NCBI GenBank assembly: GCA_001642005.1 | Contig: LWCA01000050.1 | Coordinates: 2,986-66,985 of the forward strand | Reading direction: 5' to 3' | Origin: Intoshia linei | Taxonomy: Eukaryota > Animalia > Orthonectida | Length of the DNA stretch: 64,000 bases | In this document: positions 13,244-24,981 of the stretch, piece by piece | How the letters are laid out: the number at the start of each line of letters is the position of its first letter | Position numbering within the stretch: position 1 is the first letter of the stretch | The notes under the pieces: model-generated | Told to the model about the DNA's origin: nothing | What the model saw: only the letters and a program-made list of their open reading frames with translations | The model's database searches: none | Made by a program: the position numbers and the translations under genes

Positions 13244-15369
13244 ATGTATAACCAAAAGTCACCACCTTACATGAAGACTAATAATGCATCGGTGTTAATA
13301 ACAGAACTACCTAAACACTGGCGATATAATAAGTCTTTGCCATTCACTTTTGCAGTTCTCGTTCATTGTCCAATACAACAAGGAACTTTAGTAATTTTAA
13401 CAGAATGATTTTTTTTTAATAATTTTATCCAATTAATTGTATTTTATTTAGGTTGTTATTTCAGCCGGAAATGATAAAAATCCGCATGCTTTTTTGAGAA
13501 ATTGTAGATCTTTAATTACGGTAAATTATATTCATCAAATATACTTATGTGATATACCCAGTGTCACGTCAATTCGAACGTTACATCAAATTTACATTTT
13601 TCATCATTGAAGTGATGTATGATAGTGCATGTAATATATAACATAGTGTAAGTGAATCCGTAGCCGACCCCTTTTCTCGATGAAATTAAATATTAAATAT
13701 TTTACACCGGAAAAAAGACACTTAAAATTTGTGTATTATAAATTTCTGGGATTGTCAGTTTTCTAAATAAATGGCTACAAACACAATGAACTATTATCAA
13801 ATATCAGGTCACTTTAGATATAATAAAAGTTTTCTGGAAAAACTGTGCATTAATAATGTATTATTATTAAATAATACGATGTAGATATTAAGATTCGTGT
13901 GTATTTCTCCTGTCGGTTAGATAATTATCTAATATTTTTTTATTATAATTCATTATTTTTTACATTTAAACTATTTGAAGTACTACTTGAATTGTGTTTT
14001 GCCTGTTTTTACGATTATCTTCATAAATCATGATTCATGATGTATTAAAGACTAAATACAATTATGAAATAATTTATAATATTCAATAAATAATTTATTT
14101 TAATTCTAATTGTTTTAGTTGCTCATTTTTTTCTAAATCAGGGCTTATTAGGGTGACCATTGGTCAGATAAAACAATTACAATCAATTTTAGTTTACTTA
14201 AAGTTAAATTTAAAGTAAAAATAATATAGATAATTCTCTCTCCAATTTGTCATTATATGTATTTTCATAGTTTTGTTATATATTTTTTAATTTTCAGTTT
14301 AGAATAACGTTGCAACATTTAACGACTTACGGTTTGTTGGGCGAAGTGGAAGAGGTACATTAATATTGCATATAAAGTAGGTTGTCAGTAGAGCGTTAGG
14401 AGGAGCTAGAGATCTGTAGCGGATCTAGGTGGGGTGCAGAAGCGGTCTTTTTTTTCTGGATTTTGAAAAACACAAATTCTAATAGATTTTTTCAAGCTTA
14501 ATCGTCAATTCATCAATTTTATTATTTGAGAATTACATTTTCACGGTCACAATTCCAATTACCTATTATTTTTAAAAATGAAAAAATTGACATGAGATTG
14601 ACATTTAAATTTCGATAAAAACGAAATTTTTGTTGACTGGAATATAATTCTTCAAAATTGGTCGTTTTAAAAAATTTAAATTGTCGAAATGTTAATTGTT
14701 AAAATGACTATATGGAATTATGCATAATTTGCCAAAAATTTTTTAGGGTTCAACGGCTTTTTCAGTAGTTTAATAAAATTACAATTTCAGATTGCATTTT
14801 TTCGAAAAAAATAAAAACCTCACTTTCTTGAGAATAAGCTCTAATTCAGATATCAAGTTTTTTATTATTTGATATCATGAAACACATTAAATATTAATAT
14901 TTAGGAAAATTTTTCGATATTAAAATTGAAATATTTTGCAAGCCAATGATGATAGCTCAATGTTACAATGTCATAAAAATAACTGTAGATGGTCCAAGAG
15001 AACCGAGAGGACGTTTGATTCGACAAAACACTGGTATAAAGTGAATTTTTTAACAATTAAAAAAATATTTATAGAATTATATGCATCTTATTTACGATAC
15101 ATGTATTTTGTAAATAAATACAACATAGTTTATAATTCAAATGAAATAAATCACACATTTTTATCGACATCACCGCTAAAAAATTTGAAAATATTATATA
15201 CACAGCCTGCCTGTTTTCATGAAAATTGTTCGAAAGAAACTGACAACATTGTAAACAAGGAAAAATCAGGTAATTTATGATTTTAATTAAAATTTAATAT
15301 AAAAATTTAGAAAATTTAAAAAAAATTGAAAAAAACCAGAAATCAAAAATATGGCGACCTTATATATAA
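13244..15369 (+). CDS. Runx: Runt-domain transcription factor (216 aa). Exons 13244-13390, 13452-13520, 14303-14354, 14905-15033, 15075-15269, 15311-15369
   Basis: LPKHWRYNKSLP, GTLVVISAGND, ATFNDLRFVGRSGRGK, IKITVDGPREPR and C-terminal IWRPY. All five introns are GT-AG and phase-consistent. Confidence 0.96.
14395..14870 (+). repeat. Repeat fragments (including a Helitron-like module) in Runx intron 3
   Basis: cattttcacggtcacaattccaattacctatt matches the module at 26028-26060. Confidence 0.5.
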
Positions 15370-15475
15370 TATTATATAACTCCATGATTATTGCAAATAA
15401 TAATAAAATAACACAATTTTAGTAATTTAATAAATGCATGAATTGTAAAATATTGTAAAAATATGTTTAGTAACG

Positions 15476-18400
15476 TTAATCATTTCCATTCAAATGGTTA
15501 TGCCCATTGGTTCGTTGAGACGGTACTGATTTTCGTTTAAAAAGGTATTCAAAATGACAAGTATTTTTTTTTATAGTATCGACCACAATTTGAGGTAAAT
15601 TAACAATTGCTTTGCTTGATTTTTCAAAAGATTTTGAAATGACCTTTGATTTTAGCACTTCACCGAACCAAGGGTTCCAACTACCGAAAATGTCCTTGTT
15701 TATATTATAGTCTGCATTCAAATTGTGATTATCGCCATTTTGAGTGCTTTTTTCGTTAATTGATTTCCAATTCAACATATCTTCTGTAAATTTAATATCG
15801 GTAGCCATGCAGTACATTTTTAAAATTTGTTCTATTTCATGGTTTAGTTTATGGTGTAACTAAAATTACCTGTATCTTGAATCAAATCGTCTGCATCAAT
15901 AATCAGCGGCTTCTTACCAGATTTTTTTTCTATAAATTTGTACAAGTTTACCAATTGTTTGTATCCTACTTCAGATGGATTGAAATTTGTCCAACCTTAA
16001 TAATAATTAATTAATTTCAAACCATTCTAGAGATGATATAAATCTAATGCTAGTTTTTAATGCAAGCCTGTTTTTTCCTGGTTTGTAGACATTCTATATA
16101 ATGATGGAATTGTTTTTGATGGATTTCGGATAATAAACGTGTGTTCAAAATTGTTTGGCAAATTTTTTGATAATGTTTCATCGTCCAAGTTTTTACCCAA
16201 GCAATAAGCCATTTCTTTCGAAAATATAACCTTTGCATCTATACATTTATAGATATTCATTTTTACTCTATGCCTTTATTTTCTTCCACTGTTTTATCGT
16301 ACATTTCTTTTATATCAGAAAATTTGCAATTTGATTTTTCTTCCAAATCGCTGTAACGATTGCTTATTCTTTCTTCACCGAAATAATATGCATCCGAAAA
16401 AGGTTCCAGCAATACCTATAATAGAAAATTAAAATGAAAGTAAAAAATGATATTTCGGTAATGATAATAATTACGTCTAATTAACGCCATCTAATTTAAT
16501 ATCTTTTTCTATTAGGTATTTCTATTTTTTAAATGTAAAGATAATGATTTTCAAACGCGTCCGAGAATATGCTTTTTTTTAATTTTAGGGTTGGTTTTAT
16601 TTTTAAAATAAGGTAAAATTGGGTTTTTCATGCTGAATGGCTCAATTTAAGAAAATAAAATTTGCGATGCTGCATCACTCTTGAAAAACTGTATTACCAA
16701 TTGGGTTATTTTAAATAAACGATAGCACACGCACATAACATTTTATACAAGTAAAATATGTAATATATATATATTTTGTTTGGGATCCACATGTTATTTT
16801 TAATACCATCGTAGGTCCACAGTAAAAAAGGGTTAAGAAGCCTGCCTTATACAACATTTTTGACATTCATTTATACTTATTGGCTCTAATCCATTAAAGA
16901 ATCGTCCTTGAAATTAAAAATTCTGCCCTCGGCAGAGCTAGCTGCAGTTTGTAAAATAATATTTAATTTTATTTATGTTTATTTTTAATACAATAATGAT
17001 TTTCAACAAAAAATAAAGCACAATTTCATTTAAAATTAACCTTTTTTATTACTATACATTTAAGATGTACGGTAGTAGTAGTGCGTCGTACTACCGTCTA
17101 AAATTATTTTATTATTCAAATATACCAAAAAAAAGAACACCCAATGATAACAAAAAATTGATTATAAAAATTGAAACAGCTAACCAATACATTAAAAAAT
17201 TTTTTATTATTTTTAATGTCATCTGTGTAATAAAAATGTCATATAGATAAGTTGCTACTACTAAACCTTTTAATGTTTATATTAAAATAAATGAAATCGA
17301 TTTAAAAAGAGTTGATGTTTAAGTTAAAAGAATTGATATTAAATTTAAACTCATATGAAATTCACATTTGAATATAATTATACGAAACAAAATTAATTAA
17401 AATAATACTAAAATTAAAATTCTATTACGTTTAATAGTGGAGATAAACTATTATCTTGCGTTATAATCCATTAATAAATCTTCACCATTAATACAGGAGA
17501 TGAAATGCTTTTGTATATGGACAATGTCCATTGGACATATGTACTCATGCATAGTAGAGGAGTTATTTTTGGAATAGCATCATCGATTGCAGCTTCCAGA
17601 TACCTTAACCTATGTTCCTTTTGAGTGATGCCATTAGCTGGAGGAGCCATCATTTCACTAAATTTTGCTGCCATTTACCTTTTCATTTTGGCTTTCATGA
17701 CACTCCAACACTCCTCAATAGGATTTAATGGATCAATGTATCGAGCGGCACGCATTAAAGTCACACCCATCAATTCTAATAAATTAACCCGGTTTGACAT
17801 ATTGTATTTTACATATATTTAATATCAATGTTATGTTGTTATAGAGTGAGCGAGTTATAATTTATACTTTATAATTTTGTATTAAACTTGAACATGAAAT
17901 TGTCTTCGAAACTTGGAACATTACAATCAATTCTTTTAAATTAAACATCAACTCTTTTTAAATCGATTTCATTTATTTTAATTTAAACATTAAAAAGTGT
18001 AGTTTATTATTTTCAGAAATGTAAATAAATTAAATTTACGATAAATAGTTTATTAAACATACAATGTCTTTCAATTTTGATTTATTTTCAAATCATTAAA
18101 TGTTTGTAAAATAAGGTCATGACTTTGAAATTATTTACATTTGAAGATGGTACTATTAAAAATGCAGTTTAATAATTACAATTCCTAATTTGGTCATTAA
18201 TGTTCCACTAACTTAGTTTTTAATTATTCGAGAATATTAAAATTGTTAATTTCTCTTACAATTTTAAATTTAATTTTAATGACTAAAAAGTATATTTGTG
18301 TTATACTATTTGAAATAGCAAACATTTTAGAGTAATATATTGTAGATATAAAGCATAATCTTTATTTGACATTTTTCCAATTTGTATGATATTTTATTAA

Positions 18401-18935
18401 TCAATATAGTTACTCTTAGTATCATAAATTATTAAATTTAATCAAATTAGATGCGATATAATCCATTACATTGATTATTAAAAATTTATATGCCCTCGAA
18501 AGTCGTTTATTTTAAAATTAAAAAATTTATTATATAAAAATAAAAATATTAATATAAGTAAATACATAAGAGAATAATAAAAAATATTAGACTTTAAAAA
18601 TTTTTGACATTATACGCATCAGTTGTCGAAAGAATGTATTTAATCTCAAGTTTATGTTAACTATTCCCGGATATTTTTATTGCAATTATTGATCTGAACG
18701 TTACACTTCACGTTAACATGATATTCAATGCATTTGTAAAACAATGTGCTAAATATTCACATTCGACATATTAAGTCATTTTTATTAATTTGCAAATACA
18801 AATTGTACTGTCTAAATTGTTAAAATAAAATACCTTGACATTTTCAGCGTTCATAATTGATCGAAACATGGCAGTAGAAACGCTACGAGGAACTGCCCAC
18901 AGTATAATTCTTTTTTGGTTAGGTATTTCGGTCAT
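15476..18935 (-). CDS. Sulfotransferase-like P-loop protein (family often annotated as the BCAT-like N-terminal domain). Exons 18935-18834, 16415-16274, 16238-16068, 15995-15870, 15831-15476
   Basis: Motifs IILWAVPRSVSTAMFRS, LLEPFSDAYY, VIFSKEMAY, HTFIIRNPSKTIPSL, PLIIDADDL, FTEDMLNW, WFGEVLKS. Two introns need GC donors to keep the frame. Confidence 0.82.
17256..18003 (-). mobile_element. Internally deleted IS630/Tc1-type element with about 80-bp inverted repeats
   Basis: tttaatgtttatattaaaataaatgaaatcgatttaaaaagagttgatgtttaa (about 17268) is inverted at about 17938-17995. The minus strand encodes LNPIEECWSVMKAKMK, the catalytic-E motif. Confidence 0.8.
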
Positions 18936-20366
18936 TTTTATCTTAAATTGTAAAAATATAAATGCACGTGCAAATAGAATACAAACTAATTCATGTTGAC
19001 AAAACTTAGATTAATATAAAAACCATACTTTTTTAATTTCCTTTAAGAAAAATTTTGAATATTAAAACATTATACTTAATAAAAACTTAATTTTCCCTAA
19101 TTTTGATTAAATTCCTAATGAATAATTACAATATTTATATTTTAAAATTACCTTGTATTATTTTTGAAATTTAAATATTAAAAATGGATCAATCCCTACA
19201 ATATAAGTTCGGAATGAATATTATGTGGACCATTATTCTTAACATTAATTGTTAAAAGTTACTAGGACAATACAATATTAAATTGTAAAAGGTTGTATGA
19301 AATATTCACACAAATAGGCGTGTAGCTATAACTCTAGCAGTACGACTGGTATATTAGATTTTACATCAATTAAACATTTAGAATATTTACGACTATTCAA
19401 TACTGAAATTATAAATTAAATAGAATTATATTAAATTAAATGTGCACATTACTTATAATATTAATTAACGGTTAAAATTATAAAATGAAACCTGTCCCGG
19501 ATCATTACTGAATATGCATAAAACCATAATTACGAGATGAAAAAAGTATAGATAACTGAAAGTTAATATTGAATCAATATAAAAATTAATAAATGCTATA
19601 TAACAGTACAAATAATTTACAATTGCAAAAAATAATATTTAAAAATACACACTAAAATATACTACGTCCACCTTATAATGTATTGATTTGTAATATTTGT
19701 TCTAAATTTGCAATTTATCGAATTGATGGCTCAAAATAATTACCATAATTAAATTATAATCCAAATTACAAATACAGACTGAACTAATACTTAAAATTCA
19801 AATAAAAGTAATTATATCAGAAAATTATAATACTAATCCAATTATACATACATGTATAATGACATTATTCTATTTTTAGTACTTATTTTGGCACCATTTT
19901 TTCTGATACGCAAAAAAGATTGGGAACCACTTAGATACGAACCTAAAAATATAAGTTAAAATTATCTAAAAATCAAAAGTAGAACTTTATAATTATTTCG
20001 CAACGATGCGTAATGCCATATACATATTTAGCTCTAGCTACTTTTCACGATTCTGGGCTTAAATGTTTCATTTGGTTAATAAAATAGTTGATATAATTGG
20101 ATTCTTCTAAATACAGTTGTTTAAAATCGAATTTTTTAAACACAAAAATATTACTTGAGTGAATTATTCATTGAGGAAATTTGCATAAAATCAAAGAAAT
20201 ATAACTGAGATTGTTTCGATTGAAATATACATTTTTATGTATATTTTTATTATATTAGAAAAATAAATTATATAAAATCACAATCTAAAGACAAATAACG
20301 TTTTTGTATAAACGAACAACAATAACAATAATAGCATTTTGAAGACCACTTAACATTGGTATATAC

Positions 20367-21437
20367 TAGGGGTTCTCAACCTTTTTCAACCAACGCCTTT
20401 ATTACACCATAATTTATAAATTTCAAAATCAACACCCCCATCATAAAATAAACTAGAATTTTTATAAAATCAACAATGGAAAAAAAAGGTAAATAATACT
20501 AAGTATAAATTAAAAAAAAACACAATTAATGTAGGACATTTAATTGTGGAGATAATTGAAGGGTAAATTATAAAAAAAAATTGATAAAAATTTTTTATTT
20601 ATTTCCATGTGATCCTTGCGCCTGGTGATTGAGGACCAACTGTTTAATTCTTGGTTTTATTCTCGTTAATTTCATAACAATATCACTTATTTGAAAAATA
20701 TTAATTTTGTTTCTATCTTTAGTCAATATTTTATTAACAGAACTGAATCCACTTTCAACGATGTAAGAGGTTGGAAAACACAATAATATCCTTGACATTT
20801 CTGAATGCATCAGTGGATAAAGTGATTTTGAAGGCTCACATCCCCACAATAAAAAATTTCCACCTTTCTTAAAACGGTACTTGGCTTCTTCGTCGCATTG
20901 CAATTCTATTAATTCTTCAACAACTGTACAGTGGGCATCATTAATGTTGCAGTTAAATGGATCTATCATCCATGAATGAATTTGTAAATTAAATAAATCC
21001 TTGAATCTAGCCTCAAAATCTTCTTTTAATGTTGTCAAATGATGGCAATAATGCAATATGTCTTCATCAGATATGGAATTTTGTATATCCGGCATATTAT
21101 CAAAATTCCTATCTCTCATATTTCTGCGAAAAACTATAATTTTTTCCTTGAATGCTTTTAGAACAAGTTTAAAGTCTATTAATGTGATAAGTGTCCCTTG
21201 TAAACGCAAGGTAACATCATTTAATTTACCAAAAATAAAAGACAAATAATATATATTGTTCCTATTCAATTTAATTTGTTCGAATAATTTTTTATCTCCC
21301 TCTCTTTTAAAAAATTCTGACTGAATGTCGACAATATGAAAAACAACATATTTGAAATTTTTAATATTATTTCCAGCGCCCCCTAAATTTTGAAAACGCC
21401 CCATGGAGGGCGCTACCGCCCACGTTGAGAACCACTG
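20367..21437 (-). mobile_element. hAT (Charlie/Buster-like) internally deleted element
   Basis: TIRs taggggttctcaac / gttgagaaccactg, with a perfect 8-bp TSD gtatatac at 20359-20366 and 21438-21445. Confidence 0.95.
20595..21404 (-). CDS. Truncated hAT transposase (C-terminal half with dimerisation region), uninterrupted 269 aa
   Basis: YLSFIFGKLNDVTLRLQG, WMIDPF, EELIELQCD, LLCFPTSYIVESGFS and C-terminal HQAQGSH are typical of SCAND3/ZBED8/Charlie-like transposases. Confidence 0.8.
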   Translation of the reverse strand: MGRFQNLGGAGNNIKNFKYVVFHIVDIQSEFFKREGDKKLFEQIKLNRNNIYYLSFIFGKLNDVTLRLQGTLITLIDFKLVLKAFKEKIIVFRRNMRDRNFDNMPDIQNSISDEDILHYCHHLTTLKEDFEARFKDLFNLQIHSWMIDPFNCNINDAHCTVVEELIELQCDEEAKYRFKKGGNFLLWGCEPSKSLYPLMHSEMSRILLCFPTSYIVESGFSSVNKILTKDRNKINIFQISDIVMKLTRIKPRIKQLVLNHQAQGSHGNK

Positions 21438-21577
21438 GTATATACTATATCACATCGAATAACTCTAATTTTTACAATTATAAAGACCCACATATAACCT
21501 GTGGTTTTTGTCTCTAAGATATACAAAATCAGGGTTTAACATTATTACTTATTTGTAATTTATAGCATTAACGTGCA

Positions 21578-21920
21578 CATTAGGGTGTCACATTTATTGG
21601 AAAATTTTAGAATTCGATGGGCAATTAGCACTAAAAGTGTGTATTTTTAAAATAGAAAAAATAATTCGCAATCAAAAACATTTAACGCTATCTATTCGAG
21701 TTGCGTTTGTCATTTTAAATATTACGGTATATATATAATATTATGGATACATTAAAACTGAACTTTATTTTAACGGGAATTGGCATTTGAACCTTTAAAC
21801 GTGGTACCGACTTTATAATATTGTTCTTCATGTTTAGTTATACAGTTTATTTTTTTAAATTTGTTTCTAACTCAATTTTTTTGAATTTTATTAACGATTT
21901 AATTTCTCGAATTCTAACAA
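21578..21920 (+). repeat. Interspersed repeat (copies at 3775-4113 inverted and partial at 61465-61590)
   Basis: Direct sequence match. Begins cattagggtgtcac. Confidence 0.85.
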
Positions 21921-22644
21921 TTTATATTATTTAAATTGTATTCAATGCATACATAATCTACAAATACCGGTACATTTATTGTATAAAAAGATTACACTTT
22001 TCTTAGATTTAAAAATGAAGCTAAATAATATAATGTATAAAATACAATAAATAAAAGAAACAAACATTACCTACACAAAACATTTTCAATAATAATCTAC
22101 GTTTAATTGGATTTACAAACAACAGTTCATAATCACGGATTTCTAGACGATTTGTAAATTGAGGTAAAATGGATATGAAATTGTGAGCAGTAACTTTAAT
22201 TGAATCTTTAATGGAACCTAATTCAATACATATATTGTGAATTAAATATAAAAGGTTTTAAGATGCAAAAAAATTAAATTTTAACCGTCAAATTATTATT
22301 TTAATAATTTTTAATAATTATAATTATAATTATGTAAATGACGAAATTTTGGTAAAAGAGGTCTCATATTTCAAAAATAACTATTAAAAAATATTATTGA
22401 ATATCATAACTATTTTTCATATTAAATTTAAAATGTCATGTCAAAAACCTTGGATCGGTGGCTAGGGGTTATATGACATTATGCATCTTTTACAACAAAA
22501 AAATGGGGGTCCTATTTTATTTTTGGTGGCCTCGAGCTTGATAGGGTTGGCTATGCAGATAAGAATCGATATAATTACATAAATTTTAGTAATCCTTACA
22601 TATATAAAGTAATTATTGATAAAAATATGTCAGTGTCTATAGCC

Positions 22645-22760
22645 TAGTGTTTCCCAACCTTTTATATGCTAGGCCCCACTAACACTCTCAAAAAATATCA
22701 TGCCCCAGTTCAAAAAATTACCTAACGATCAATTTCGTTGTTGGGTCTAATATAACAGTT
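22645..22760 (+). mobile_element. Solo hAT-like terminal fragment
   Basis: tagtgtttcccaacctttt resembles hAT TIRs. No partner end found. Confidence 0.4.
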
Positions 22761-23141
22761 CAATCAATAAAGAATTATGATTAATTCAGGGACTATTTTT
22801 TTACTAAAAATTATAATTTTCTAACAAAATTACAAATCAAAAACTTTTATTGTGGAAAATCGAGCTAATTATAATATTTATTTTATTGAATTAATAATAT
22901 CACTGGGTCTGAAAATTATTAGAGATAATATTAATAGTTATGACACGTGATAATTTTTTACTTTATAAAATATAATATCTGTATGTTACGGTTGAATTAA
23001 AAATTTAAACGTCCTAGAAGTAAAATCCCCCAATTTCTAATAAAATTTTTCGATATTCATGTTTTATCGGAAATTTTATTCTCAGAAATTGACTCCATTA
23101 AGATCAAAAACCCCAATTGTATTTTGTTAAACAAATAATAA

Positions 23142-24981
23142 TTATAAATATATTATAAAAATAATACTAGAAAAAAGCGATACAACACTTAAAGTATTGT
23201 ATAATATTATGAGATCATCCAATGTTTTTTGGAGCATTAAATGTAATGATGGGTGAGCAGATTCACAGGATCGCATGCAAACATTGACATACATAATTTG
23301 TTGAGACAATTTATAAACCGGTGATAATAATGGTGTAATTTTCATAAATTCATCTAAAATTTAATAATATTTTCAATGTAATGTTAATATATAGTTAAAA
23401 TAATGTACATATATTTAATTAATGTAATTTACATGTATTACCACACATGCAGGTACTATTGAATACAGCAGATAACAAGTCTATAATATGCAAATTCAAA
23501 TTAAAATATGAATTATTATAAAATGAACTGTATCGTTTCGGATAAATAATGGGTCCAGCATCAAAATAATATTCATTATTTATCAAATTACTCATACACT
23601 TGCTGTTGTCGTCTTGATTCGTATTGTGGATGAATAAACAAATTTTTTCATTGCTAATCTTCATAAGTTCAAAGCATTGATCAATTAAATTTGGCTTTGA
23701 AGCATAATAAAACGAAAAGAACAAAAAAAATATACTGGAAACATAATAAAAACATCCCAGTGAAAACAATACAATTTCGGAATTATACCCGTCCATGGAC
23801 ACATCTGTTTGAATATAACAAATTAAAAGTTCCAAAAAAAATATAAGAATCATATTAAAATTATAAAACAAATTTAAATAAATGACATTATAAATGTTGG
23901 ATTTTCGATACAAAATTAAAATTATGATCCAAACTGTGATTACAGGCAAAATAAAAACATTTTGATATACTATTGAGAAATGAATTTGAACCGAAAATAT
24001 TATTGAAATTGTTAAAGGCAATAACATTAAAACAAGCTTACTATATATACAATTTTGTCGATAAGTACCAAACATGTACAAATAATTCAAATTCCAATTC
24101 CACGTCAAACTTTTGAACACATTTAGAGATTGACTGGATAAAATTTCCAAAACTAATAAATATTCATCTTTTTTTTCAAGTTTTTTGACGACATCTCGTA
24201 TCTTTGGTTCTATTTGAATATTTTTTAAGTCAAATATTGAACTTAATCGCGTGTTGCAATGTTTAGTTTTCCAAAAATGAATTGTAAAGTATTTACCAAT
24301 GGTTTTATACACTATAACGGGAAAAATTACATAAAAAATTAACAAAGACGGTATTATTGAAGAAATCCAAAGCCAATGCTGAATCGAGTAACATGTAATG
24401 TAGGAGTTATATAAAAATTTTGATGTCGTATGAGAATTCGATTGTGTACAATGAAACATTCGCATGGCATTAAGAGTATAAGGAATAACAGAAAAAAGAG
24501 ACAGATAATATACAATTTTTTTGAGAATGCTTTTTTTATAATTATTTTTGGAACGTTTTAAGAAATAGGTGCCAATTATGAAAAAAACTATTAAAAATAG
24601 TAAAGTAACTTGCATCATGGTATTTTGCAAAATGTAATGATTTTCATACAAAATTTGCCAAAAATTTGGTTGTTTGTTTACCATCATGTTTTTATATGTC
24701 TCAGATGACAAACTTTGAATGTTTTCGTTTGTGGTTGCTTTCATAACTGACAATAGATTGTAATTTGCGTTAGAGTTGTAGTTTAAATAGGAAATTGAAA
24801 CATAATCAATGTTGAAGTAGAAAAAAATTTGATAAAATTTTAAAAACGTAGATAGCGGGTAAATCCAATGTAGTACTGCTGCAAGTAATAAGCCTGACAA
24901 TTGATAGGATGATACAATTAACCATATAGTCTCCAAAAATAATTCCATATTGAATGGTACATTTTTTCGTGGAGAGTTCAT
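23142..24981 (-). CDS. Uncharacterised multi-pass membrane protein. Main exon 24981 to about 23440, with a probable further exon about 23354-23142
   Basis: 520-aa open frame with many hydrophobic segments and an FHC...FL.NSYITCYSIQHW loop. A short downstream AG-preceded frame continues as CMRSCESAHPSLHLMLQKTLD. The 3' end is uncertain. Confidence 0.7.

Noticed and set aside
14936-15074. N-terminal part of the 114-aa ORF
   Set aside because: Alternative frame of Runx exon 4 plus an intron. Only 15075 onward is in the Runx frame.
16023-16026. Possible 4-nt micro-exon (aatg) between an AG and a GT within the 72-nt intron
   Set aside because: Inclusion would shift the reading frame of the conserved downstream exon.
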